Of a stretch of DNA of 64,000 nucleotides, positions 27,162 to 40,331 are shown in pieces. The DNA comes from the human T2T-CHM13v2.0 reference genome, Homo sapiens. Position 1 is the stretch's first letter; each line of letters opens with the position of its first letter. The notes under the pieces were generated by a model. It did no database searches, had not been told where the DNA came from, and was given only the letters and a program-made list of their open reading frames with translations. The position numbers and the translations under genes are program-made. Where the stretch lies: NCBI RefSeq assembly GCF_009914755.1, contig NC_060936.1; one strand, given 5' to 3'.

Positions 27162-27514
27162 TAGCCATGCATTGCCTAATGACAGTTCAGTCAATGTCCA
27201 ACCGCACATATGTCGGTGGCCCCCTAAGATTAGGACACTGTGTTTTTACAGTACCTTTTCTATGTTTAGATATGTTTAGGTACACAAATGCTTAACCATG
27301 GTGTTATAATTGCCTACAGTATTCAGTATAGTTTCATACTGTACCAGTTTGTAGTCTAGGAGCAATAGGCTGTACCATATATTCTAGGTATGTAGTAAGT
27401 AGGCGAAACCAGCTAGGTTTGTGTAAGTGCACTCTATGATGTTTGCACAACAATGAAATTGCCTAACAACACATTCCTTAGACTGTATCCCTGACGTTAA
27501 GTGATGCATGACTA
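27162..27514. mobile_element. Tigger3-type (Golem) MITE, ~350 bp
   Basis: Degenerate TIRs TAGCCATGCATTGCCTAATGAC / GACGTTAAGTGATGCATGACTA flanked by TA on both sides. Internal ggtttgtgtaagtgcactctatgatg. Confidence 0.85.
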
Positions 27515-28488
27515 TAGTTTCAAGGATACACAACTTCAAGGCACAGATAAAGCAGAAGTCTAGGATCACCAACAAAGCTTTCCTGGTCATTTCTTGCTAT
27601 GTTAGGATTACTTCTGGCCCTGATTAACAAACAGGATCTCTTAGTGATGTATGCAGTCCTATCATTTGCACAGAAGACAGCTGTTTCTTTCATGAAACAT
27701 GTCTTACATGTTTTATTCTTACATAGATTAATGACATAGATTAATGACATTGTTCTTACATAGATTCTTACATAGATTAATGACATTGTTTAGGGAGACA
27801 AATTTCATGAATCCATAAATTCCAGATTTGATTACCCTAGCAATCAATCCTAAACAAGTTCATTCTGCTGAAAGCATTCCATAGATAAGAACTCTCCCAC
27901 TACAAGTAGTATTAGTGTGTTTGCCTGGAGGTCTGCTATGACATGTTTACAAGGAAATTTGACCAGGCTATTTTCCTTCTTCATTCCTTCTTTCTCTCCC
28001 AGGGGCATTTTCTCAGTGAAGGGAGAGACTGTATTCCAGGTTTGCTGCTAACCACTGCTTTCCAGGGCGGCACAGATTCAAATCCAGCTCTGTCTCACTT
28101 ACAAGTGCATTCTTTCCAATACTCCATACTCTCTCCAAACTTCAGGAGTTCATAGTTAGGAGATTTCACAGGTATGAATGCCTCTCAATGTATTTCAACT
28201 TTTATTTTTACTGAACATTGTTATCAACAACTCTCAAGCTGCCATGCACAGTCTTTCACAAGATAGTTTCTGCTGCTACTACTGACAGGCTAACCGTCTG
28301 ATTTGTAGAAGAAAGAGAGAAAGCAGAAATAAAAAATGTGGGGAATAAGGGAAATGTGATTCAACTAATGATGGTATTTGAACTGGAAGTGAGTGATTCT
28401 TTAAAGGATAGCTGGATAATAAGTGTGATATTCACTTATTAGTTTCAATAGATGATGAAATGGTAGATTGTTTATAAAAGTGGCACAA

Positions 28489-28872
28489 TGCTATGGTCTG
28501 AATGTGTCCCTTAAATTCATGTGTTGAAAACTTAATCCCCAATGCAACAGTGTTGGGAGATGGGGCCTCATGGGAGGTGTTTACATCATGAGGGTTCTGC
28601 CCTCATGGATGGATTAATGCCATTATAAAATGGGCTTGTGGGAGTGAGTTCTCTCCCTTCTGCTTTTCTGCCATGTGAGGGCACAACATTTGTCCTTTCT
28701 TGCTCTTCTATCTTCTGCCATGTGAAAATGCAGCAAGAAGGTGCTCACCAGGTGCTGGCACCTTGATCTTGGCCTTCCCAGCCTCCAGAAATGTTAGGAA
28801 ATAAATTTCTGTTTTTTATAAATTACCCAGTCTATATTATTCTTTTGTAGCAGCAGAAAACTGACCAAGACA
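28489..28872 (+). mobile_element. MST (MaLR) solo LTR
   Basis: TGCTATGGTCTGAATGTGTCC...ACCAAGACA with an exact 5-bp TSD CACAA on both sides. Confidence 0.9.
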
Positions 28873-28964
28873 CACAATAATTCTTGAAATTTAATTTTCA
28901 AGAAATAACAAATTCAGCATACTTTATAGATAGTGGTGTGCCATAGCTGGTTAGTATTAGCTTG

Positions 28965-29224
28965 TGTCAAACTTATTATCAAACAGAAAAGGAGTCTCTC
29001 TAAAATAAAATGATATTTATTTGGGAATGGGCATTGTAATGAGAATACATGTGCCATAGTAAACTATGTGTGTATTCTGGGAGGTAAGGAAGACAAGAAA
29101 GGAAAAATGAGGAGGACTACAAAACTGTTTTAAATCAATTGTTCTTGGCTACAAGAATCAGTACTAACAAGGGTGGTGTCAGTCCAAGGTTGGACAGGCA
29201 GTTGCTAGGCAGATGTCCTCACAG

Positions 29225-29308
<84 letters not shown>

Positions 29309-29472
29309 TTTGCAGTGGCCTTTGTGCAGGGTTGTGGTTTTTTCAGAGTCTTTTATGATAGTTCTTGTTTTCAAGCATATGTGCAGGAGAACCCTCCCTT
29401 CATGGCCCTCCTCAGCTCCATTTGTCAGGGCTTGACACAAGTGACTCCATTTTGATTTAGACAACTTTCACA
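28965..29472 (-). mobile_element. MER67-like ERV1 solo LTR
   Basis: Minus strand starts TGTGAAAGTTGTCTAAATCAAAATGGAGTCACT. 4-bp TSD CTTG at 28961-28964 and 29473-29476. Confidence 0.8.
29227..29306. repeat. Compound (TA)n(GT)n microsatellite
   Basis: About 15 TA units followed by about 24 GT units. Confidence 0.97.
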
Positions 29473-31849
29473 CTTGTGAGGAATGTGTTGTATGGCTCTC
29501 TTTCTCACATTGTATTCAATGACTTCACATTGGCTGCTTGCAATTGGCCATAGTAGGAGTATTCACATCACAGAAGTAATCAAGTACTATAGACTATGGC
29601 CTTTTCGTTCCAGAAAGGTGGTTACTGAATGTTTACCAACATGTCACTATTTGTAGATAGACATACAAGGTTTTCCTATTCCTGTATTCAGGATTAATGT
29701 GCCAAATTTAGAAAGTCAAATGAGGAAACAACATATTAAATGGTCAAATAGACCATTAGAGTATAAATGTGTTAGATTCTCTGGGAGAGGCAATAAATAA
29801 TGCCCTCACCCTTCTGAGTTGGGAATAAACTGAAAGATAGAAGATCAATATCTCAGTTACTAATAAACGTGATTAGACATCACAACATCTATCTGTGGCT
29901 AGACAAGCTTCCTGATTTCTTGTCCCTGAACAGAGTTCACCCATGTGGACACTGGCAGGGCTGGACCTTCGCATGCTGAATCTCCCTCCCAGGGGAAGGC
30001 CACTTCCTGCATGTTGGAGCAGAGAATGCGTTTGTTCTGGTTCAGGCCATTCTGAATGACAGGGACTGAAAGATACAGAGAGACAGAGGCTGTGCCCTGC
30101 ACCCCACAGAGGCTGTGCTCTGTACCCCCAGTTCATGCCTCATAATCCCAGTTCATTAATTGAGTAGGTCATTTCATTTCTCTTGGGCAGGTATGATGAC
30201 AGGGATGGGAGGGAAAGAAAAAGCTCTTCTTTCCAACACCCAGAAAAGGCAAAAGCTTCTATTTTATGTGTCACTATAAAAAATGTTGAATTGTGGAAGG
30301 GAATGGTTTTCCCTGCAATATATTTTATTTTAATTCCCTTTCTTATCATTTACTTAAATCAGATGTTGATCCTACAGTGCCAGGCATTTAGCTCCATAAT
30401 GCTGTTGAATTGAACAATTGTAAAATTGTGGCAAAGTTTTTGAATTCTTTTATGAGAAGTGGTGGTGGTCATGGTAGTATATTTTATCTAAAGACATACC
30501 TTAAAGATATGCCAAGCAGTTAAAAAAAACTGTTAATAAAGACTCTTATATCTCCCAAGAGTAAAATATCAGACCCTTTTGAGCATTTTCATCAAGCAAT
30601 CAGTTAATTCATTGAAAAGAGATAATCAGATAAAGCATTTGATTGAAATGACTTAGTGTTTAGCTGAATTGGGTAGCTGCTTACAAGCATTGACATCAGT
30701 TCTGTTGGGGTTGTTAATCCAGCAGCCCTGCAGAGACACAGAACCACTCTTTCTTTGTCAAGCCACAGCATAATAAAGTTTTGTCTTCATTTTCCAGTTT
30801 CATGTGGAAATGTTTAAAAGAATGCATCGTCTAAAATTTTTCTTAATTGTAATTATGATACATTATCCCTTGTACAAAGCAGGTTGAGTATTTTCTTTTG
30901 GGCCCTAAGATAATTTCAGGCCTTTATGTATCCTCTGGCTTTTCCTGAAGGTCCAATCAGGCCAAATGAGAAACAGATCTTTACATTAGATTTGTTTAAT
31001 AAACATGCTGTTCAAAGAATGGCCGTTATGTAAGAAGTATCACTCTTTGAAAGGCTGATTTAGGGGGTCTCTAGATTATGTTGAAATCCAGTCTAGGTTG
31101 GTGGTGATTGGCCAATGACATCTGCAGATTATTTTCCCATCCACAGGAAATGCGGTGGTCCCTTCTCAGCATCTCAGGGCCTTCCAGCTGGTACCAAGTG
31201 TTACCATTGTTGGCAAATCCAGCAGGAGGCCAGGGACAGGGTAGTCACTGCTGTGCTCCCATCTCTGTGTGCACTCGGGTGAGGAAACACTGTCACACCA
31301 TTGTGAGGAGGCTTGTTACCCTGCGTGTGTGGCCCCCAAATCAACAGTACCAGGGCACCTCAGCTTTGGTGTGAACTGCCTGCCCTGTTCACAGGCTCCA
31401 GTCCACACATCACTTAAATCAATGCATTTTGTCTTTCGCTTGTTTGATGGACTTCATTTTAAATAATGTATCATTCCCCAGGTCCCACTGAAAAAGTATT
31501 ACATTGGCCACAGTTTTGGCAGAGACTATGATTACTAAGGCTGTTATGCTGAAACAGTCCTGTTACAGAAAGCACCTAAATAGGCTGTTTACTGGGAATA
31601 ATAGACTCTGGTTTGCATATGACTTGCATTAAAGTTGCATGTTGGTCACTTATAGTCAACAATCACAGATGTCTCCTCACACTGTAATGCTCTTTCTTCT
31701 CCAGACTCCTTGAACACTCTACTTTTTTAAACTTAACCCTCCTTTGACTCTCTGTCTTCTTCACTTGAAAAATCATTTGTAGGAAGGGCTCTGACTAGAA
31801 CATTGACATTTCACAGACAATACAAAGATGACAGACTATTGAAAACCTA

Positions 31850-34800
31850 CAATTTTATTAAATAAAGTTTTTAATTTTTAACTTTTGTGGGTATATAGTA
31901 AGTATATGTATTTATGTGGTACATGAGGTATTTTGATACAGGCACACAATGTGTAACGATTATATCAGGGTAAATGGGGTATCCATCACCTCAAGCATTT
32001 ATCCTTTCTTTCTGTTCCAAAGAGTCCAATTCTACCCTTTTATTTATGGTAAAATGTATAATAAATTATCGTTGACTATAGTCACTCTGTTCTGCTATCA
32101 AATACTAGATCATATTCATTCTATCTACTTTTTTGTACACATTAACCATCCCCACTTCCCATTCCCCCATTATCCTTATCAGCTCTGGTAATCATCATTC
32201 TCCTTTCTATATTTATGTGTTCAATTGCTTTAATTTTTAGCTCCCACAAATAAGTGAGAATATATGAAGTTTGTCTTTCTGTGCCTGGCTTATTTCACTT
32301 AACATAATGATCTCCAGTTTCATCTATGTTGTTGCAAATGACAGGATCTCATTCTTTTTTACGGCTGAATAGTACTCCATTGTGTGTGTACCATATTTCC
32401 TTTACCAGTTCATCTGTTGGTGGACACTTAGGTTGCTTCCAAATCTTGGCTATGGTGAATAGTGCTGCAGTAAACATGAGAGTGCAGATATCTGTCTGAT
32501 GTACCAAGTTTCTTTCTTTTGAGTATATACCTAGCAGTGGAATTGCTGGATCATATAGTAGCTCTACTTTTAGTTTTTTGAGGACACTCTAAACTGTTTT
32601 CCATAGTGGTTGTGCTATTTTACATTCCCACCAATGGTGTACAAGGGTTCCCTTTTCTCCACATCTTTGACAGCATTTGTTATTTGCTGTCTTTTAGATA
32701 AAAGCCATTTTAAATGGGGTGAGATGATACCTCATTTTGGTTTTGATTTGCATTTCTCTCATGATCAATGACGTTGAACACTTTTTCATATACCTGTTTG
32801 CCATTGTATGTCTTCTTTTGAGAAATGTCTGTTCAGATCTTTTGCCCATTTTATAATTGGATTATTATATTTTGTTTCTTTAGAGTTGTTTGAGCTCCTT
32901 ATGGATTCTGGTTATTAATCCCTTGCCAGACGGATAGTTTGCAAATATTTTCTCCCATTCTGTGGGCTGTCTCTTTACTTTGTTGATTGTTTCCTTTGCG
33001 ATGCAGAAACTTTTTAGCTTGATGCAATCCCATCTGTCCATTTTTACTTTGGTTGCCTGTGCTTGTGGTGTATTACTAAACAAATCTTTGCCCAGACCAA
33101 TGTCCTGGAGAGTTTTCCCAATGTCTTCTTTTGGTAGTTTACAGTTTGATGTCTTAGATTTAAGTCTTTCATCTATTGGGGTTTGATTTTTGTATATGGC
33201 AAGAGATAGGGGTCTAGTTTCATTCTTCTGCATATGGATATCCAGTTTTCCCAACACCGTTTATTAAAGAGACTGTCTTTTCTCCAATGTATGTTCTTGG
33301 CACCTTTGTTGAAAATGAGTTCACTGTAAATGTGTGGATTTGTTTCTAGGTTCTGTATTCTGTTCCATGTCTGTTTTTATGCCAGTACCATGCTGTCTTG
33401 ATTACAATACCTCTGTAGTATAATTTGAAGTCAAGTAATGTGATTACTCCAATTTTGTTCTTTTTGCTCATGATAGCTTTGGCTATTCTGGGTCTTTTGT
33501 GATTTCATATACATTTTAAGATTTTTTTTCTATTTCTGTGAACAATGTCATTAGTATTTTAACAGGGATTGCATTGAATCTGTAGATTGCTTTGGTTAGT
33601 ATGAACATTTTAACAATATTGATTCTTCCAATCCATGAACGTGGAATATGTTTCCATTTTTTGGTGTCCTCTTCACTTTCTATCATCAGTGTTTTACAGT
33701 TTTAATTGCAGAGATCTTTCACTTCTATGTTCATTCCTGTTATTTGAATTTATTTGTAGCATTGAAAATGGGATTACTTTCTTGATTTATTTTTCAGATT
33801 GTTCATTGTTGGCATATAGAAATGCTACTGATTTTTGTATGTTGACTTTGTATCCTGCAACTTTACTGATTCAGGTCTAACAGTTTTTTGGTGGAGTATT
33901 TAGGTTTTTTGAAATATAAGATCATATCCTCTGCAAACAAAGATAATTTAACTTCTACCTTCAAATTTTGATGCCCTTTACTTCTTTCTCTTGTCTGATT
34001 GCCCTAGCCAGGACTTCCAGTACTATGTTGAATAACAATGGTGAGAGTGGGTATTTTTGTCTTGTTCCAGATCTTAGAGGAAGGGCTTTCAGCTTTTCCC
34101 CATGCAGTGTGATACTACTGTGGGTCTGTAATATATGGCTTTTATTATGTTGAGGTATATTACTTCTATACACAGTTTTTTGAGGAATTTTACATGAAGG
34201 GATGTTGAATTTTATCAAATGATTTTTCAGCATCAACTGAAAAGATCATATGGTTTTTGTCCTTCAATTTCTTTCCTAATTTCTTAATTGACCCAGTGGT
34301 AATAAAGATCATATTGTTTAATTTCCATGTGTTTGTATAGTTTCCAGAATTTCTCTTGTTATTGATTTCTAGTTTTATTCCATTGTAATCAAAGAAGATG
34401 CCTGATATTATATCAAGGTTTTTTGAATGTTTTAAGACTTGTTTTGTGACCCAACATATGGTCTATCCTTGAGAATGATCTAGGTGCTCAGGAGAAAAAT
34501 GTGTATTCTGCAGCCCTTGGATAAAATATTCTGTTAATATCTATTAGGTCCATTTGGTCTATAGCACACATAAAGTCCAATGTTTGTTGATTTTCTGTCT
34601 GGATGATCTGTCCAATGCTGAAAGTGGGGTGTTAAAGTCTCCAGCTAGTATTGTATCGAAGATTATCTCTCTGTTTAACTCTAATAATATTTGCTTTATA
34701 TATCTAGGTGCTTCAATGTTGAGTGTATATATACTTACAATTTTATATACTCTTGCTACATTGATACCTTCATCATTATATAATAACCTTCTTTGTCTGT

Positions 34801-36850
34801 TTCTTCAGTTTTTGTCTTGAAATCTATTTTGTGTGATACAAGCATAGCTACTCCTGCTCTTTTTTTTTTGGTTTCCATTTGCATGGACTATCTTTTCTTC
34901 ATCCCTTTATTTCCAGATTATATATATGAAGTGCATTTTTTGTATGCAACAGATCATTAGGAGTTGTTTTTTTTAACCCATTCAGCCAGTCTATAACTTT
35001 TAATTGGAGATTTTAGTCCATTTTCATTATAATTACATTATATTATTGATAAGTTAGGACTTATTCCTGCCATTTTGTTATTTATTTTCTGGCTGATTTC
35101 TGGCCTTCTCTTCCTTCTTTTCTTCCTGTCTTCCTTTCTCTGGTGGTATGTTTTGATTTCCTGCTTTTTATTTTTTTGTTTATCTGTTTTATGTTTTTTG
35201 ATTTGAGGTTACCAGGGAGCTTGGAAATAATATCTTATAACTTATTATTTTAAACAGATGATAACACTGATTGCATAAACAAACAAGCAAAAAAACTAAT
35301 AAAATTTCTACACTTTATTACTCTGCTTTTTAACTTTTGTTGTTTCTATTTATATATTATTGTACTGTCTATGTCTTGAAAAGTTGTGTAGTTATTATTT
35401 TTTATTGGTTCATTTTTTGTCTTTCCACTCAAGATATGAGTAGTTTACATACCACAATTAGAATGTGATGATATTCTGTGTTTTTCTGAGTACTTATTAT
35501 TACATTGAGTTCTGTGCCTTCAGATAATTTGACTGTTCATTAACGTTCTTTTCTTTCAGATTGAAGAACTTGCTTTAGTATTTCTTGTTGGATAGATCTG
35601 ATGTTGATGAAATAACTCAACCTTTATTTGTCTGGGAACATCTTTATTTCTTCTTCATGTTTGAAGGATATTTTTGCCAGATATGCTATTCTAGGGTAGA
35701 AGTTTATTTTTTCCTTCAGCACTTTCAATATATCATGCCACTCTCTCCTGGCCTGTAAGGTTTCCACTGAAAAGTCTGCTGCCAGATGTTTTGGAGGTCT
35801 TTTGTATGTTACTTGTTTCTTTTCTCTCACTCATTTTAGGATCCTTTCTTTATTCTTGACCTTTGGGAGTTTGATTGTTAAATGTCTTGAGGTAGTCTTC
35901 CTTGGGTTAAATCTGCTTTGTGTTCTATAATCTTCTTGTACCTGGATATTAATTAGATTTGGGAAGTTCTCTTATCAAAGGTTATCCCTTTGAATAACCT
36001 TTCTACCCCTATCTCTTTCTCTACCTCCTCCTTAAGGCCAGTGTCTCTTAGATTTGCCCTTTTGAGGCTATATTTTAGATCTTGTAGACATACTTCATTC
36101 TTTTTTATTCTTTTTCCTTTCGATTCCTCTGACTGTGTATTTTCAAATAGCCTGTCTTCAAGCTCACTCATTGTTCCTCTGCTTCATTAATTCTACTGTT
36201 AATAAACTCTGATGCATTCTTCTGTATGTCAACTGCAATTTTTCAGCTCAAGAATTTCTGCTTAATTCTTTTTAATTATTTCAATCTCTTTTTAAAATTA
36301 ATCTGATAGAATTCCTAATTCCTTCTCTGTGTTATCTTGAATTTCTTTAGGAATCTGCCTGGTGCTGTATTCCACTGCTGCTGAGCTGGCACCCAAGCCA
36401 CAAGACAAAGTCCTTCCCAGTCTTCCCTCCCCTCTCCATAAGTAGAGAACTCTCTCCCCACAGCCACCACTGCCCCAGGACTATGGCAGGTAGCACCAAT
36501 GTTCACTCAAGGCCCAAGGGCTCTTCACTCAGCTTGTGGTGAATGTTTCCAGGCATGTGTCTCTTTCTTTAGCACATTGGGCACCCTTCTGGCCCTGGGA
36601 AAGGCCAGAAATGCCATCCAACAGCCAAGGCTGGGAATCAGGGACTCCAAGAGCCTGCTTGGTGCTTTACCCGACCGTGGCTGAGCTGGTATCTAAGCTG
36701 CATGACAAAGTCCCCTTTACTCTTCCTTCTGCTTTTCCTAAGCAGAAGGAGTTTCTCCCCAAAGCAGCCACAGCTGGGAATGTGCTGGGTTACACCTGAG
36801 GCCAGCACATCTCAGAGTCTTACCCAGGGCCCATGGCAAGTACTACCTGC
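31850..36850 (-). mobile_element. L1MA2-like element with 3'UTR, ORF2, ORF1 and 5'UTR parts and two internal deletions
   Basis: 3'UTR gggtaaatggggtatccatcacctcaagcattt. ORF2 peptides [14 protein letters not shown] and [34 protein letters not shown]1 peptides LAADFSVETLQARREW and SELEDRLFE. GC-richer 5'UTR at 36350-36850. Confidence 0.9.
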
Positions 36851-37104
36851 ATTCTTCTTTGCCAGTTATTGAACAAATATTTTATGGACCTCTGCCAATA
36901 TGCCTGGGACCATGCTGGGTACTAGGAATATAAGATGGTTCTGGAGACAGAGAGACCTGGCTAAGTCCCCTCCCTTGGAGCAGCTCACAGTCTAGAGGTG
37001 GAAATAGACAAATGAAGTAGGAATTACAATGCTGAATAGTAAGGGTAATGATGGGGACAGAGTAGTCAGCTTAGGAGGAATGAAATTGGGGTTTGGCTAT
37101 AATA

Positions 37105-37220
37105 GATACAGGGTCTTGTTATGTTGCCCAGGTTGGACTCAAACTCCTGGGCTCCAGAGTTTCTCCTGCTTCAGCCTCCTGAGTAGCAGGAGCTACAGAT
37201 GTGTGCCACAATGGCCTATG
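37105..37220 (-). mobile_element. Old Alu monomer fragment (FLAM/AluJ-like)
   Basis: cagggtcttgttatgttgcccaggttggactcaaactcctgggctc. Confidence 0.7.
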
Positions 37221-37324
37221 AGGCTTAGCTACATTTAAACTATTTAAAAAATTCTCTTCTTAAGAATTTATTCATACAAAGAGTGGAGAAGAACTCAGAA
37301 GTGTGCTTAAAATTCTATGTGGAT

Positions 37325-37610
<286 letters not shown>

Positions 37611-38477
37611 AAAATTGGATGTGGACATATTCAAACATATTTGGGGTGTGCATGTGCTACTTTTGGCGTGTGTTAGGGGACATGATAGAAGCCATGCTGC
37701 AAGTAGGTAGAATCTGGTATGATGAGCCAAATTCAGCAAAAGGACTGAGATATGGAGAGAAGTTGTTTTAAATAGTGTGGCTGCAGGCTGTAAACTCATT
37801 TGATCTTTTCTAGCACTCCTGGATTTCTGTGTGTGAATGACAATTCCTCTAATTTTGAAGTTTAAGCCACCTGCTCAAATGGAACCCTCTAAATAACCTA
37901 CAGCAGAGAATTAAGTGCCTTGTCTTCACTTTGCAAGAAATGGCAGTGGTTTCAGACCACAGTAAGCATGTTTAGTATCAGCAGCCAGGTCAGTGAGCAG
38001 CAATTTGTGCCTCAGTGGGGACCATGCAGAGGTTGGAGTGACAGCGGCCAGCAGTACTGCATGGCTTAGGTTGTCAGAAGCCAGCAGAGGCAGCACTATA
38101 CCATGACATACCTTCTCCATAGTATCACTCTATCTAGTTTTGCACCTTTGAATGTTGTCTGAAGTCCCTTGAAAACATAGAAAGAAATGGTGTCATAGAG
38201 ACCAGTGTAAATGGTGACTCAGACTGATTCTTAAATGTGTGCAAGACCCTCCCTGGGAACTCCCGTGGCAGTTTGAGTGTCCTTATAAGTGGTGGGAGCT
38301 TAGTACAATCAAGATTTGGCATGAATATTAATGAGACCACCACTCTCACACTGGGAAGAACTCTTAAGCCTGAATGAAATCCTTGATTTTGTTAGCTTTC
38401 TTGTTTCAGTCCATTCCACATCTGCTTAGGTGTCTTTCCTACCAGATCCGTGAGTTGCTAGTTGTGTCAGTTCTCTT

Positions 38478-38507
38478 TCAAACTAGAATCCTGAATAGAT
38501 ATCGCCA
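38478..38507 (+). repeat. 30-bp dispersed direct repeat, copy 1 (copy 2 at 40302-40331)
   Basis: TCAAACTAGAATCCTGAATAGATAT(C/A)GCCA, 29/30 identical. Confidence 0.93.
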
Positions 38508-39346
38508 AGGATGCATTGTCCTGATGGTCACATGTCATTGCCTGTAGAAAGCAACGGGGGATAATGATGGTGACATTCTTAAAGGGGACCATTCTCTGCC
38601 CCGCCTCTGATACGAAGTCAGAACTCCTCTTTGGTATGTAAAAAAATTACTTCTTCCTTTTTGTAGGTTGCTTATTTTATACAATAACTTATACCTCTTC
38701 AATCATGAAAGCAATTTCCCAGGCCAGGCCCAGTACTTTGGATTCAGTCCAGTGATAAGTATAAGAATTAAATCACTTAACAGACCGATAGGAGCAAAAT
38801 AAAAAAAGGAAAGGACTAAGGTTCCAAGTTTAAAAATATTTTTTCCACAAATATACAGTATGAGTCTTCTTTTTCAAGGTAATAAAAGAGTACCAAAGGG
38901 AAAGAAAACATAAATCTGCATACACAAAAAAAACCAGCTTTGTTTTGCCAAATACAAAGAAAACATAAACTGAAATATTAATTCAGTCATGTGATTGCCT
39001 AATTACTCCTCATTTGAAAATTAGGTAGTATTATTTTCAAATTTTCAGGGGTACTTAAAGGAATCTGCTACTGTACATTTAGATGTAGGTAATGTAGGTA
39101 TACGGTTTAAAATAAAAAAGAGATCTGAAGCCAAGTTTTCTCCTAACTCATTTTACCCACAATCAGCACATATAAGTAAATAAGTAGTAGAAGGGTTCAG
39201 AAATCTCCTGCCTTGTCAAGCTTACTGTCATTCTCCTACAATCAAACATCTATAGAGACCCCTTTCTTAGGCGTTAAAATACTTAGAATAAGCAAGCTCT
39301 TGTGCTCTGGTATATGTGTCTCTATCCTTCAATGGATTCTATCCCT

Positions 39347-39952
39347 TTGGTAGTTTTAAATAAGGCTTTATGTTCCCTCCCTTGAGTCTGGGGAGATTTG
39401 TGACTCCTCCACTAACAGAGTATTGTATAAATGGTGCTGTGTGACTTCCAAGACTACATCACAGAAGGCCATGCAGCTTCTGCCTTGTCTCTCAGAAGCC
39501 CGAGCCTCCATAAACTCCCGCTTCCAGTGGTTATATGGGAAGTCCTACCACCCTGTGACTGCTGTGCGGGAAAGACCACATGTAGGTGCTTTGGTGACAG
39601 TCTCAGCTGAGCCCAGCCTTCCAGGCGTCCCTGTCAAGGTGCCAGACATGCAAATGAGCCACCTTGGAACCTTCAAACCCATCGTCTGCCCACTGCTTAC
39701 TTGAGTGACCCCCACTTACACCATGAGGAAGAGAAGAATCATCCAAAACTCCTAAAAAATGTTGCTTTTCCAACCCATCTCCATTATTATAGCCTAGATT
39801 ATTTACAAAGCTCATTTTCAAGTAAAAGTTTTCAAGTAGGAACTTTAAGAGGAAACACTTCAAATCTGCCCAAACCTCTCACCCACAATATCATGAGATA
39901 TAACAACATGGTTGTTTTGGGTCACCGTGTTTTGGGGTAGATAACTAAAACA
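39347..39952 (+). mobile_element. Old MaLR LTR (MLT1G/H-like)
   Basis: cctcccttgagtctggg; aaggccatgcagcttctgcc; cagctgagcccagcc; atcatgagatataa..gttttgggg..agataactaaaaca. Confidence 0.75.
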
Positions 39953-40053
39953 GTCTCCTTTGGAGCCACTTTTGGGGAACCCTGTTGTGCTCTGAAATTA
40001 TGTGTTCTTGCTTCTGAAATTCAAAATAGCATTTTGTACAATATTAAATGTAT

Positions 40054-40135
40054 CTGGTTAAATGATGTAAAAATTATTTTGCTAACATTTCTCATTACTT
40101 TATGGCTAAATTGGCTTTTATTGGCTGGTTTGGAG
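40054..40135 (+). repeat. 82-bp dispersed inverted repeat, copy 1 (copy 2 at 43965-44046)
   Basis: Reverse-complement match, 80/82 identical. Confidence 0.95.
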
Positions 40136-40301
40136 ACTTCATCATCAATAAAAAAATCATGTGTGGGTTCTGCATATCTAACACCTAATTAATGAATAAA
40201 TTTCTGGAGTTCACTTGTTTGTTGACTGGGAACTGTCTATGTGGAAAGCAGCTGCAGCTCTGGGAATAAACTTAGCTCCACAGATCATAAATAGGATATG
40301 G

Positions 40302-40331
40302 TCAAACTAGAATCCTGAATAGATATAGCCA
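40302..40331 (+). repeat. 30-bp dispersed direct repeat, copy 2
   Basis: Matches 38478-38507 at 29/30. Confidence 0.93.

Larger units (their letters stand above)
28931..29649. mobile_element. hAT MITE (family uncertain), split by the MER67-like LTR
   Basis: Termini TAGTGGTGTGC / CCAACATGTCACTA are degenerate inverted repeats. Internal ttggccatagtaggagtattcacatcacagaa. Confidence 0.55.

Noticed and set aside
38081-38096. Second CTCF-like motif CCAGCAGAGGCAGCAC
   Set aside because: One base short in the conserved GGC core, so the register is broken.
38548-38633. Possible plus-strand exon (ctgtag|AAAGC...CTTTG|gtatgt)
   Set aside because: Weak polypyrimidine tract, only one open frame with an unrecognised peptide, no partner exons; would need RNA-seq.
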